Shown here one piece after another: positions 1 through 9,733 of a stretch of 38,299 bases of DNA. Positions within the stretch are counted from its first letter, which is position 1; every line of letters begins with the position of its first letter. The notes beneath the pieces are model-generated. The model saw nothing but the letters and a program-made list of their open reading frames with translations, had not been told where the DNA came from and did not search any database. Position numbers and translations under genes: made by a program. Location: positions 1 through 38,299 of the IMG/VR virus record IMGVR_UViG_3300043707_000018; one strand, 5' to 3'. The DNA is from a virus. Its lineage: Duplodnaviria; Caudoviricetes.

Positions 1-408
1 GGACTCGTTGCAGGAGCGAATACAATTCCCAATAGTATTGGCTACGAATATGATGCTTCTCCATTGGGACAATCATGGTTACCTGCCAACTTAGAAATTC
101 TCTCTACTGTTTCTGGTGCCTGGGCTGCTAGTGATAGACGTTTTCCAGGTGCGGCATCTGGTACATGGACGAATATATGCATTTATCGATACCAACCTAG
201 CAACGCGTATGTTTTCAGCACGGGAAGTATGAATTTCAATTGGGCATTGGATGATTTCGGCTCCCATTGGGGATCAGATATGAGGCCGAAAGCGGAGAGC
301 GAAAAGGCCCAAAAACTTATAAAGAATGTTCTAAGAAGGATGATCCATAATCCTGAGGTAGTAAGGAGGCCATTTAGTGGAAACCCAACAGGTTTTGAAA
401 GCAGTTGA
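1..408 (+). CDS. 5'-truncated protein ending in an N,N-dimethylformamidase beta-subunit-like (DUF6605-type) C-terminal region
   Basis: Frame is open from base 1: GLVAGANTIPNSIGYEYD...AYVFSTGSMNFNWALDD...LIKNVLRRM, resembling the GYE(W/Y)D and VF-x-x-G-(S/T)-x-x-(W/F)-x-W-x-LD motifs of this family. True start lies upstream of the window. Confidence 0.6.
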   Translation, partial: GLVAGANTIPNSIGYEYDASPLGQSWLPANLEILSTVSGAWAASDRRFPGAASGTWTNICIYRYQPSNAYVFSTGSMNFNWALDDFGSHWGSDMRPKAESEKAQKLIKNVLRRMIHNPEVVRRPFSGNPTGFESS

Positions 409-544
409 AAATATTCAGAATGTTCTGAATCCTCTGGATATCGCAGATAAGATGAAGGTTTTAAGGGTGGTTGAGGCTTTGAATGCACCAACACCTATGC
501 AATATCCAATGCCACCACCAATTCCTCAAGGAGTGCACAAATGA
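377..544 (+). CDS. 55-aa hypothetical protein (METQQVLKAVENIQ...PPPIPQGVHK), not in the ORF track
   Basis: AAGGAGG at 363-369, GTG at 377, stop overlaps the next start as ATGA (541-544). Confidence 0.7.
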   Translation: METQQVLKAVENIQNVLNPLDIADKMKVLRVVEALNAPTPMQYPMPPPIPQGVHK

Positions 545-912
545 ATCCAGGAATCTCACCAATATACATTGATCCACAGGGTGTACATACGAATCGTCCA
601 CCTGTGGCGAATGATCCGGGGTGGGCATTAGCTGCAAATCCGACTCAGGTTCAACCTGTAAATGCTAATCCTAATCAGCCACAAACCGTGACTGTAAAAG
701 CAACAGAATTAACTCGTCAAACTTTGTTTCCACCTCACGATATCCCTGAGGCAGAAAGACAAGCGACCGATACTAATGCTCAATTATATGAAGAAGGAGG
801 AAGACCATTGCCTCAAAATGTTGAAACAGAGGAACAGAAAAAAGCTCGAGAAGAGCAGGAAAAGAAGAGGCTAGAAGAAGAGAAAAAGAAAAAAGAAGAG
901 CATAAGAAGTAA
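541..912 (+). CDS. hypothetical protein with Pro/Gln-rich N-terminus and E/K coiled-coil C-terminus
   Basis: AAGGAG RBS; TAATG coupling to the portal gene. Confidence 0.75.
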   Translation: MNPGISPIYIDPQGVHTNRPPVANDPGWALAANPTQVQPVNANPNQPQTVTVKATELTRQTLFPPHDIPEAERQATDTNAQLYEEGGRPLPQNVETEEQKKAREEQEKKRLEEEKKKKEEHKK

Positions 913-3167
913 TGCCTGGTCCTGATCGACAACCCGATCCAACCAAGGATATTCCTGAAGATATCCAGAAAGCGTTACAATTCCTTGTCTCAAAGTACGA
1001 GAGGGAGGATGGATGGGTTCGCAAGCAGCAAATCAAACTCTGGAAGAAGAACTGTGAGTTCTGGCATGGGATTCAGTACATATTCTGGAGTGAGAGTAGA
1101 CAAGATTGGTTACTTCCTGTGGAAACGAGGTGGTTTCAAGAAGATGAAGGAAGAGAAGGAGTCGAGGGACCATTCTACGATTTCGTCATCAATATCTTTC
1201 GTGCACACGGAGAATCGATTATTTCTGCTCTTGCTGCACAAGTCCCCGCAGTTCGCTTTCCTCCAGATGATGCTGAGGATGATGATGACCTACTTACGAG
1301 CAAGACGTATTCGAAAATTGCAGACCTCATCGCGAGACATAACAATGTAAAGAATTTAATGCTGCAATCGCTCTTGATAATGTGGAATCAAGGAAATGTT
1401 TACTGGTATCACGCGCCGAAATCTGATAAAACTTTTGGGATTACCCATATTGAGAACTATAAAAAGGTCCTCACCTGTCCCAATTGTGCACAACAAACCC
1501 CGGTTGACGATGAGGAAGATCTCATCCCAGGGATTAAGCAGTGCCCCAACTGTGGAAGTCCCTTGGAACCTACCACGGTGCTCGACAGTATACAAGAATC
1601 CCCAAAAAGTAGGGTGCTCATCGAACCTTACGGAGGATTGCACGTTAAAACTGGTTTTTGGGCAAGGGATTTACGGGACTCCAGCTATCTTATCTTGCAG
1701 CATGATAGACCAAAGCCTTTGATGAAGTCAATTTATCCGTGGATTGCAGATAAAATCGATATGACTGAGTCAGATATGCACATGTATGAAAGAATGGGAA
1801 GGACTCCATCAAGCTTTACGAGTTTCAATCGTGCTGACGATAATATGGATCTTGTCACCCATAGGCAGGTCTGGATTAGGTCGTGGGCTTACGAAGGTCT
1901 GCCAAATGATATGGAGGATGTCAAAAAGAAGCTCTACAAAAGGTATCCGAATGGTGTATACGTCGCGGAAGTAGGTAAGGTCTTTGCTGATGCACAAGAT
2001 CAAGACATGGATAAATACTGGTCTTTTAGTAAGACAGGCTTGTCGGATTACCTGCATTCTGATGCTTTAGGGCAGCCATTGATTCCTATCCAAGAGTTGA
2101 GGAACATCAATGTTAATCTCACTGCTGAGACGGTTGAGCAGAGTATTGGTAGTTTTTTCGCTGATCCTGATGTGCTCAATTTTGGAGTATATGCGAAGCA
2201 CGAAGCAAGACCTGGTTATATCTATCCTGCAAGGCCACGACCAGGGCAAGCATTGGACCAGTCCTTCTTTGAGACAGGTCGAGCAACTTTAAGCAACGAG
2301 GTTGTTACGTTTGGACAACAATTGGACAAGGATGGGCAGTTCGTAGTCGGGGATTATCCCTCGTTGTATGGAGGGCCGGGTGAAGTTGCATCGAGAACTT
2401 TAGGGGAATACCAACAATCTCGAGTACAAGCTCTTCAACGGCTCTCCATTGTTTGGACATTGTTCGTTCAAGCATGGGCAAAGCTCATGGAGAAATGCGT
2501 ACATCTATATGTCGAAAATCTTATTGAAGACGAACGTTTCACAGCTCCAGACCCCAACAAAAAAGATAGTTACGTTAACGTTTGGATCAGGAAATCAGAT
2601 CTTACAGGTCACGTTGGTGAAGTCGAGCCAGAAGGTGCTGACTCTTTCCCAATGAGCATCCCTCAGAAGCAGGGATTATTCTTCAGATTACTCGAATTGA
2701 ATAACCAATTTGTAAATGCCGCACTCTTTGATCCCGAAAATCGTCGTACTATTTCTGATTTGGTCGGCTTTACCGATCTTTTTATGCCTGGTGAGGACCA
2801 ACAGGCTAAACAAGCGGCAGAAATTGGTGATATGCTTCGTGGCATCCCTGTTAACATTGATCCTCTTGTTGACGACGCTACAATTCATATAGATTCCTGT
2901 CGGAATTTCCTTGCATCTGAGAAAGGACTAGAGTTAAAGAAAACTAATCCTCAGGCTTATCAGATAATAGAGCAACATTTGCAACAACATTTGCAGAGTG
3001 CTACAAAAGCTAAAGAGGATGAGGATAAGAAGCTTGGGGAGCAATACATCAATATCAAGCAAAACGAGCAGATAAGAAGGGCGGCGATTAGAAGTATGAT
3101 GCCTCCCGCACCGCGGCAGCCTCGAGGACCAACGGTTAGCCCTGGTACTAATGGTCAACAACGATGA
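912..3167 (+). CDS. portal protein (P22/podovirus-like) with inserted zinc ribbon
   Basis: 751 aa, upstream of scaffold and capsid genes; portal-like segments (GQPLIPIQELRN...TVEQS, SRTLGEYQQSRVQALQRL); CPNC-x18-CPNC insertion. Confidence 0.8.
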   Translation: MPGPDRQPDPTKDIPEDIQKALQFLVSKYEREDGWVRKQQIKLWKKNCEFWHGIQYIFWSESRQDWLLPVETRWFQEDEGREGVEGPFYDFVINIFRAHGESIISALAAQVPAVRFPPDDAEDDDDLLTSKTYSKIADLIARHNNVKNLMLQSLLIMWNQGNVYWYHAPKSDKTFGITHIENYKKVLTCPNCAQQTPVDDEEDLIPGIKQCPNCGSPLEPTTVLDSIQESPKSRVLIEPYGGLHVKTGFWARDLRDSSYLILQHDRPKPLMKSIYPWIADKIDMTESDMHMYERMGRTPSSFTSFNRADDNMDLVTHRQVWIRSWAYEGLPNDMEDVKKKLYKRYPNGVYVAEVGKVFADAQDQDMDKYWSFSKTGLSDYLHSDALGQPLIPIQELRNINVNLTAETVEQSIGSFFADPDVLNFGVYAKHEARPGYIYPARPRPGQALDQSFFETGRATLSNEVVTFGQQLDKDGQFVVGDYPSLYGGPGEVASRTLGEYQQSRVQALQRLSIVWTLFVQAWAKLMEKCVHLYVENLIEDERFTAPDPNKKDSYVNVWIRKSDLTGHVGEVEPEGADSFPMSIPQKQGLFFRLLELNNQFVNAALFDPENRRTISDLVGFTDLFMPGEDQQAKQAAEIGDMLRGIPVNIDPLVDDATIHIDSCRNFLASEKGLELKKTNPQAYQIIEQHLQQHLQSATKAKEDEDKKLGEQYINIKQNEQIRRAAIRSMMPPAPRQPRGPTVSPGTNGQQR

Positions 3168-4432
3168 AATTCCATCTAATATCGGCTTGTGGAGAAGGTG
3201 GGGGATTACTTGAAAGAATCCAAAGAGAAGGCAACGACTGCACCATTGACATACTCGATAAGGACTATTCCCCTGCTTTCGACGGTATCCTTAAAAAGGC
3301 TAGGGATGTACCAGAAGAGTCCATCATTCTTTTCGACACTTCTGGAATGGGTAAAAGAGCGGACGAACTTAAGAAACTTGGATTCAAGGTCTTTGGTGGT
3401 TCTGTATTCGCGGATTCACTTGAAGAAGACAGGGACTTTGGTCTTAAGTACATGGAAAGTCATGGGATTCAAATACCTGACACGAAAATGTTCCACACAT
3501 TCGTGGAGGCTATTGATTGGGTAGAGTCTAGAAAAGGAGATGATACTTACGTCTTTAAACCTAACGGGGAGCATCTCCCGTGCAAGCTGACGTATGCAGC
3601 AGAAGATAAAGATGATCTTATATCATATCTCCGATTCGTCCAAAGACACTTCTCGGGTGACATTGATGATTTTGTACTCCAGACCTTCGTGGAAGGACCA
3701 ATCCTCAGTACAGAATTCTGGTGCGGCCCCCGCGGTTTCATCCGACCTGCGAATCACACCGTTGAAGTCAAAAAATTCCTTACTGGCGATCTTGGACCGT
3801 CAACGGGCTGTCAGGGAAATCTTGTATGGGTGGCAGAGGACGATGAAGTTGTTGAGTTATTGGAGGGAATCGAAGGAGATCTCGTCAAAGAAAACTACGT
3901 TGGTCCTATAGATTTGAATGCGATTCTAAGTGAGAAGGGGGTAAAGGGCTTAGAATGGACTCCAAGATTCGGATTGGATGCTATGCCTACCTTGCTACAA
4001 CTACTCGATGGAGAAGTTGGGAAGATTATCGCAGACATTGTGAACGGTCAGACCAAGAGTATGGAATTGCACGATGCAATAGCCGCTGGTATTCGAGTCT
4101 CAATTCCTCCGTATCCAATCGAGCCAACGAAGGACGTAAAGAAGGTCTTATCAGAATCTCCTAATGTGGGAGTTCCGATTAGAGGTCTTGAGGATGCAAG
4201 TCCATACTATTATGAGGTTATGATGGAGGATGGTCAGTTGGTTCATTCTCCTGGAACCGGAGTTATCGCTGTTGTAACCGAATGCGCTGAAGAGTCTGAG
4301 GATGCTCTGAGTTATCTATGTGATATATTAGATAAAGCTACAATCCCCGATAAACAATACCGCACAGATTTGGGTGATATTCTCCCTGAAATGTGCAAGG
4401 AAGCCTGTGAGGCACTTTATGCTCATGCGTAA
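3164..4432 (+). CDS. PurD (phosphoribosylamine-glycine ligase)-like ATP-grasp ligase
   Basis: VFGGS...LEEDRDFGLKYMESHGIQIP, YVFKPNG, LQTFVEG, GDLGPSTG and LEWTPRFG match PurD-type ATP-grasp motifs (GPNTGGMG, EFNxRFG). Confidence 0.8.
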   Translation: MKFHLISACGEGGGLLERIQREGNDCTIDILDKDYSPAFDGILKKARDVPEESIILFDTSGMGKRADELKKLGFKVFGGSVFADSLEEDRDFGLKYMESHGIQIPDTKMFHTFVEAIDWVESRKGDDTYVFKPNGEHLPCKLTYAAEDKDDLISYLRFVQRHFSGDIDDFVLQTFVEGPILSTEFWCGPRGFIRPANHTVEVKKFLTGDLGPSTGCQGNLVWVAEDDEVVELLEGIEGDLVKENYVGPIDLNAILSEKGVKGLEWTPRFGLDAMPTLLQLLDGEVGKIIADIVNGQTKSMELHDAIAAGIRVSIPPYPIEPTKDVKKVLSESPNVGVPIRGLEDASPYYYEVMMEDGQLVHSPGTGVIAVVTECAEESEDALSYLCDILDKATIPDKQYRTDLGDILPEMCKEACEALYAHA

Positions 4433-5654
4433 CTTTCCATTGATGGCAGCAGAGGACGGAGTATCAGGTTCCTCGACGTCAGTTAGTGCAGATCTTCAAG
4501 AATTAAATAACGAGCCAGAAGTTGACGAGGTAGAACCTGAACTATCGGAGGATGAGGAAGAGCCTCAAGAGGATGAGGATCAGGAACCAGAACCGGAGCC
4601 TGAAGAGGAAGAGCCAGTCCCAACACTTCATCCCTTTGAACGACCGTCCCTCAAAGCTATCAATGAAGCGTATCCTGATTTCTTCAAGAAGTTTCCCTCA
4701 ATGCGAGATATGTATTTTCGCGAGGCGGAATACTCGAAGTTATATCCGACAATTGAAGATGCGCGTGAAGCTAATGAAAACAATACGGCATTCCAAAACA
4801 TTAGGGAAGATATTTTCCATGGTGACGGTGGTAAATTCATAACTGCCATCAATACCGTTGACTCTAAAGGTTTAGAGAGGTTTGCGGGAAATTTCCTCGC
4901 AACACTCACTAAAACTAATATGAATGCCTTCTGGAAAGCGGCGAATCCTTTGATTGAAGATGTAGCGAAAAACATGTACAACAAAGGTAGGATGGAAGGC
5001 GATGAGAACATTAAGAACGCCGCTCTCCATCTAAGCAATTTCTTCTTTGGGAGGACAGACATTGCGGAAGGAAAAGGGTCGGTCATCACCAAGGAAGATC
5101 CAGAGAATGAAGTCTCAAAGGAAAAGAGGGAGTGGGAAGAAACAAAACACAACGAATTCCGTCGGAATGTTGAGAACGATCTTCGCCAACAACTCGTTGA
5201 CGTCATCACGGGGCACGACGAAAGGACGGGAAAAACTAAACTTGATCCAGACGGAATCCTTTCTCCTTTCATACAACAAACGATCATAGATCGTGTGATT
5301 CAAGATATCGGCAATACTTTAGCAGCAGATCAAGCACACATGCGGTATATGGACTCCTTATGGAGTCGTGCAAAATCCAATGGTAGGACAGACACCGACA
5401 AGTCTAGACTCATATCCGCGTTCCTAGCACGCGCACGGTCGCTGGCTCCATCATTACGGAGTAAATACGTCTCTGAAGCAACTGGTAAAAGAGTCAGAGA
5501 CGTAAACCAGAGGCGGGAAAAAGCTGTAAGCGTTCAGAGTAGGACTCCAGATGTTGGGCGATCATCGTCTAATGGAAGAGGTTCTGGCAGAATTGATTAT
5601 CGCAAAACATCGGATTACGACATTTTGAGCGATAACATCACTTATAAGCACTAG
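4419..5654 (+). CDS. probable capsid scaffolding protein
   Basis: Directly before the major capsid gene; very acidic E/P-rich N-terminus and helical body. Start moved to ATG 4419 (GAGG upstream). Confidence 0.65.
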   Translation: MLMRNFPLMAAEDGVSGSSTSVSADLQELNNEPEVDEVEPELSEDEEEPQEDEDQEPEPEPEEEEPVPTLHPFERPSLKAINEAYPDFFKKFPSMRDMYFREAEYSKLYPTIEDAREANENNTAFQNIREDIFHGDGGKFITAINTVDSKGLERFAGNFLATLTKTNMNAFWKAANPLIEDVAKNMYNKGRMEGDENIKNAALHLSNFFFGRTDIAEGKGSVITKEDPENEVSKEKREWEETKHNEFRRNVENDLRQQLVDVITGHDERTGKTKLDPDGILSPFIQQTIIDRVIQDIGNTLAADQAHMRYMDSLWSRAKSNGRTDTDKSRLISAFLARARSLAPSLRSKYVSEATGKRVRDVNQRREKAVSVQSRTPDVGRSSSNGRGSGRIDYRKTSDYDILSDNITYKH

Positions 5655-5664
5655 GAGAGTCTAG

Positions 5665-6948
5665 ATGGCGGGTAATGAGGCACAAGTTCTGGGTACTGAA
5701 CTTGAGAGAGTTCTACCCAAAGTCCCAGCTTTATTTGATAGGGATGATGTATTCTATGCCACTATTGAAAAGCGACCTGTTGAAGTCATATCTTCCAGAG
5801 ACATGCGAATCCCTCTTGAAATGCGACCCAACGGGAATACAGGTTACTATAACCCCGATGGCGGAGACATGGGTCGTGGTGATATCAGCGACTTTGACAA
5901 GGCCATCATCAATTCTGTACATCTCGTGCACAGAGTGGAGATGACGGCAAAAACTGTCTGGTCAACAGATAACACCCGCAAGGCCGTTATCAACGCCTTC
6001 CGACATAGTTTGGCTGTCGAAATGAAGCAGTTTCGTAGAGATGTTGACAGTCAAGCTATGACGGATGGTACTGGTACAATGGCTACCATTACAACGGTGA
6101 GTAGAGCCACAGATACAAATCCACCAGTAATGGGTGCTGTTCGTCTAACATTTACGACAGATGGATTTAGGGCGCGTTTGTTGCGACCCAAACAACTTAT
6201 CAACATCTTCAATTCAACATTGACAACCTGCAAAACTTTAGCGGGAGAGCCTCAAATCGTTTATTACGATCTTGCACAGAACACGATTGAAATAAACGCT
6301 GACGTTGCTGGGATCGTTCCTGGAGATCTAATTGTAGCAGATGGTCTACAAATGATTCCTCCTGTCGGCTTATTGGGAGTTAAGTACCATGACTCAAATG
6401 CTTCCGTCGGAACGTGGCTTGGATTTAATCGAGCTGTTAACCCAGAAATACGCGCTAACGCGGTCAATGCGAATGGAGTTGCGCTTACATTACCCCTCCC
6501 TCGCTTGGCAATTAATAAAATTGGGGATCGTATCGGAATCAATCATGATTCCCGTCTAACAGCCTGGATGCACAAGGCTCAAGAAGCTGCATACGAGGAG
6601 CTTGGATTTAATGTCATCAGAATCGACAAAGAAGCCCGTGAACAGGGTTTGGACATGTACTTTAACGATAACATGCGGATGGCAGGAGCGCCCGTCAGAT
6701 GCCATTATAGCTGGGATCGAACAAGGATTGACTTCATTGACGAAACAGTTTGGGGAAGAGCTGAACTCCGTACTCCAGGATTTTATCAAAACCCAGATAA
6801 TAACCAACGAGTCTGGGAATTACGTGGGCCAAGCGGTGGAGTTGCGGCGGGTTGGATCTTCTACATCGTAGCTAGTTTCAACATTTTCATGAATCAACCG
6901 GCGGGAGCAAGTTACATTTACAACTTAGCAGTGCTCGCAGGTTACTGA
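5665..6948 (+). CDS. major capsid protein
   Basis: 427 aa after scaffold, AGGAG RBS, terminator-like hairpin downstream; HK97-fold-like segments (MRIPLEMRPNG, AVEMKQFRRDVDSQAMTDGTG). Confidence 0.8.
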   Translation: MAGNEAQVLGTELERVLPKVPALFDRDDVFYATIEKRPVEVISSRDMRIPLEMRPNGNTGYYNPDGGDMGRGDISDFDKAIINSVHLVHRVEMTAKTVWSTDNTRKAVINAFRHSLAVEMKQFRRDVDSQAMTDGTGTMATITTVSRATDTNPPVMGAVRLTFTTDGFRARLLRPKQLINIFNSTLTTCKTLAGEPQIVYYDLAQNTIEINADVAGIVPGDLIVADGLQMIPPVGLLGVKYHDSNASVGTWLGFNRAVNPEIRANAVNANGVALTLPLPRLAINKIGDRIGINHDSRLTAWMHKAQEAAYEELGFNVIRIDKEAREQGLDMYFNDNMRMAGAPVRCHYSWDRTRIDFIDETVWGRAELRTPGFYQNPDNNQRVWELRGPSGGVAAGWIFYIVASFNIFMNQPAGASYIYNLAVLAGY

Positions 6949-6982
6949 GTAGTCCTCTCTGGGTACTTCATTGGCTGCCCGT

Positions 6983-7023
6983 GGGGTAATTCTTCATGCG
7001 ATGAAGGGTTACCCCAACTTTTT
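6983..7023 (+). terminator. intrinsic terminator after major capsid gene
   Basis: GGGGTAATTCTTCAT-GCG-ATGAAGGGTTACCCC, a 15-bp stem with two G.U pairs, followed by AACTTTTT. Confidence 0.65.
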
Positions 7024-7569
7024 ATGACGGACGTAGAAATAATCAACGGCTGGTTATCGGATACATATAGAACGACGGTAGAGAACTATCCTGTCTACAG
7101 AATCGTGTGGTCGGAGGATATATTTGAGAACAGACTTGGGACTTATAGAGAGTTTACAGAATCGGGACTCTTCATTAGGGAGGTCACGGAAGTTAGAAAA
7201 GTCAGAAAGTACGGTTATATCCATCACAGATGGATATTCGAAATTTGGGCACCAGGCAATCTTACTAGGAATCCTGAGACTCCAGATGCGGCTAGTGGTG
7301 ATTACATTCCAGTATATGTCTTTGAAAGCGGTTTGGGTATGTATCTTCCGGTTACCCGCAAAGTTGTGGAGTTCCTTATCTCAGCTTTGGAAGGTAAAAT
7401 TAAGAGAGATCTCGAGCCGACTGAGGAGTACCTTGCAGAGAAGGAGGTCGCGGCGATGGTTGAAAGCTTGGATGACCATCCATCTTATTTCCAAACTAGA
7501 GCAGGTCCAGCAAGAAACGCGATATGGTTTAAGGGATTTGATCCCCAGAAAATCGAAGGAGACAAATGA
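7024..7569 (+). CDS. hypothetical protein (virion module)
   Basis: 181-aa ORF coupled to the next gene by ATGA. Confidence 0.75.
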   Translation: MTDVEIINGWLSDTYRTTVENYPVYRIVWSEDIFENRLGTYREFTESGLFIREVTEVRKVRKYGYIHHRWIFEIWAPGNLTRNPETPDAASGDYIPVYVFESGLGMYLPVTRKVVEFLISALEGKIKRDLEPTEEYLAEKEVAAMVESLDDHPSYFQTRAGPARNAIWFKGFDPQKIEGDK

Positions 7570-7964
7570 GAACTGAACCCAAAGGCGTGAAGCAGAATTT
7601 TGCCCCTCCTGGTACTACACCGGATTTGAGGCCAGTTGCGATGAATAATTGGAAAATGTTTTCTACTTTGGACGACGCCAAAAAAGGTCTTCAGATGATC
7701 CACAAGGTGGCTCCAGATGCAGAGATGCAAAATGCTGAAGATGGACTATTTCAGCAGTTTGTATACGATAAACCTGATCCGGACATTCGTGCACGAACCG
7801 TTCATGGCAAAGCTGGAAATCTTGCAATATGGGAGTTTCCATCTGACATCTTGGATCGACACGATAACCCTCAAATCTTTATCGATAAGTACCCGAAATC
7901 TGATAATCCAATTTTGCAGTGTAGGGCAGTGAGTCCCAATGATGGAGAATTGTACTGGTCATGA
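7566..7964 (+). CDS. hypothetical protein
   Basis: AAGGAG RBS, ATGA overlaps at both ends. Confidence 0.75.
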   Translation: MRTEPKGVKQNFAPPGTTPDLRPVAMNNWKMFSTLDDAKKGLQMIHKVAPDAEMQNAEDGLFQQFVYDKPDPDIRARTVHGKAGNLAIWEFPSDILDRHDNPQIFIDKYPKSDNPILQCRAVSPNDGELYWS

Positions 7965-8614
7965 GTCTGAATTGTACTGTAGTTTCTTTAGTTCCGACTA
8001 GAATTGTTGAGGAAAAACCTGGATTATTTCCGCCAAGATTCATAATCCCTGAGTCTGATGGAATGAACCCACAAATTCTTCTTGTCGGTCCAGCAACACA
8101 TTTCGTTTATCTCGATGAAGCTAGGGGAATGTTACAGATTAGAGACGCATCGGACGTCGTAGCTAAAGCTATCGTTAATGACTTCTGCACCGCACAGCTT
8201 GCAATTAGCGATGATGTTGGTCCAGCTTTGTGGTGGATCGACGAAGAACTAAACTCTTCTCAAGTTCTGATAAAACAGAAAGATATCATTCTCGAGAAGA
8301 AACAACGACAGCGCCGTTGGTTTGTTAATCTTGCTAAAATGGCTGATGATGATTGGGCTAGATATCATCAGCATAATGTGATCTCCGACTTTCAGAGGAA
8401 GATTGGACATCTTTTGGACTTGAATCCTGATGACCACGAATGGATGACTCCTCTTGCCTTACAGCAGGGTAAGACTAGAGCTTGTCCGTATTGTGGGACG
8501 AGTATTGTAATGGGTGCTGTTATCTGCGGCACCTGTGGTCAAATTATCGATCATAAGCGCAAAGCTGAGATTGAGAAGGAGCTTAAAGCAAATGCCAGCG
8601 ATGGTAACAGTTAA
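7961..8614 (+). CDS. hypothetical protein with C-terminal zinc ribbon
   Basis: CPYC-x10-CGTC near the C-terminus; ATGA coupling. Confidence 0.75.
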   Translation: MSLNCTVVSLVPTRIVEEKPGLFPPRFIIPESDGMNPQILLVGPATHFVYLDEARGMLQIRDASDVVAKAIVNDFCTAQLAISDDVGPALWWIDEELNSSQVLIKQKDIILEKKQRQRRWFVNLAKMADDDWARYHQHNVISDFQRKIGHLLDLNPDDHEWMTPLALQQGKTRACPYCGTSIVMGAVICGTCGQIIDHKRKAEIEKELKANASDGNS

Positions 8615-9104
8615 TGATTTCCGGTGGCAGTTTATTGCTGGAGATAAATATTGGCTCATCGGTGCTGTTCGATTGAGTGGCGCTTACGTTACCGGAGGAG
8701 TCGATGTATCTTTTGAAGATACTCGAGATAGATTTCCATTTCCCTCTAGCCCTCCTGCACCGTTTAACATAAATACCATGTTGCCAGATGGTGCTGGGAC
8801 CGTAAAAGCGACTCGTCAACCCTGGTTTGCCATATTCATGCCTGGTCCTAATGGAGAACAATTCTCGTTTAGAACCAAGTCTGCTCAATTGGGGCAAGAT
8901 CCTCCAAATACTGTTGGCACTGCTGGCAGAGAAGATCAAGTGGCAATGAACAACAATGAGAATCTTGCAGGTAATGCCGTTCCAACAGATATCAATGATG
9001 GGAAGCTGATGATATTCTCTGGTACAGGACAGCTTGCTGCTGGTACTCAACTAAGCAGTTTTCCTCCAGTTGTTGGACTATTTATATTCCAAGGGATGGA
9101 ATGA
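8592..9104 (+). CDS. hypothetical virion protein (possible head decoration)
   Basis: Start ATG 8592 with AAGGAG upstream; Gly/Pro/beta-rich; function inferred from position only. Confidence 0.6.
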   Translation: MPAMVTVNDFRWQFIAGDKYWLIGAVRLSGAYVTGGVDVSFEDTRDRFPFPSSPPAPFNINTMLPDGAGTVKATRQPWFAIFMPGPNGEQFSFRTKSAQLGQDPPNTVGTAGREDQVAMNNNENLAGNAVPTDINDGKLMIFSGTGQLAAGTQLSSFPPVVGLFIFQGME

Positions 9105-9733
9105 TTCAGACGGCAGAATTCGTGTTCGGTCAGGCTCGAATGTTCCTGAATGATAATGCTCAGGTTCCACAGCTTTGGACTGACGATATTCTGCTTCCTA
9201 TGTTGCAACGAGCACATCAAGAAATGCAAGTTAAGTTGAGGCAGAGCGCCGCGCCTCTCATGAAGGGAACATTTCTCGAGATCATTCCCGCTGGTAACGA
9301 CTTATTTGCAAACCCTCCCCAGGATATGATACAACCAATTGAGATTTGGTCTGCTGGATTAGGAGGGAATACGTTAAGTAAGCTAACGGAAGTAATGGAT
9401 ATTCCCGAATTGTTTCCTTTTCCTCCAGGAAACATGATCTATTGGAAATGGGATGGTCAACAGGTGATACTCCTCCCGGCAACTATCGATCAACACCTTT
9501 GGATGTCCTATTGGCGTAGTTTGCCACTACCATCAGGACCAACAAGTTCAATATCAGCAATTGAAGGTGAACTCTATTTGGCTCCAAGGACGGCAGCGAT
9601 AGCAGCAGCATCAGTTGGGGAAGAGACAACGAGTGCGGCGGCGGCTGCAAACGCCGACAGCAATATTGCGGCGGTGATCTTGTCGAATAGAGGTAGGTCA
9701 CCTCAAATGGCAGGAGTCTCAGTTAAGCCATGA
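9101..9733 (+). CDS. head-tail adaptor / tail tubular protein A-like, paralog 1
   Basis: ARMFLND...WTDDILLPMLQRAHQE adaptor-type N-terminus; position before the nozzle gene. Confidence 0.6.
   Translation: MIQTAEFVFGQARMFLNDNAQVPQLWTDDILLPMLQRAHQEMQVKLRQSAAPLMKGTFLEIIPAGNDLFANPPQDMIQPIEIWSAGLGGNTLSKLTEVMDIPELFPFPPGNMIYWKWDGQQVILLPATIDQHLWMSYWRSLPLPSGPTSSISAIEGELYLAPRTAAIAAASVGEETTSAAAAANADSNIAAVILSNRGRSPQMAGVSVKP

Noticed and set aside
3164-4432. PurZ / 2-aminoadenine genome system
   Set aside because: The protein has ATP-grasp (PurD-like) motifs, not adenylosuccinate-synthetase motifs, and no DatZ/MazZ-like genes are seen.
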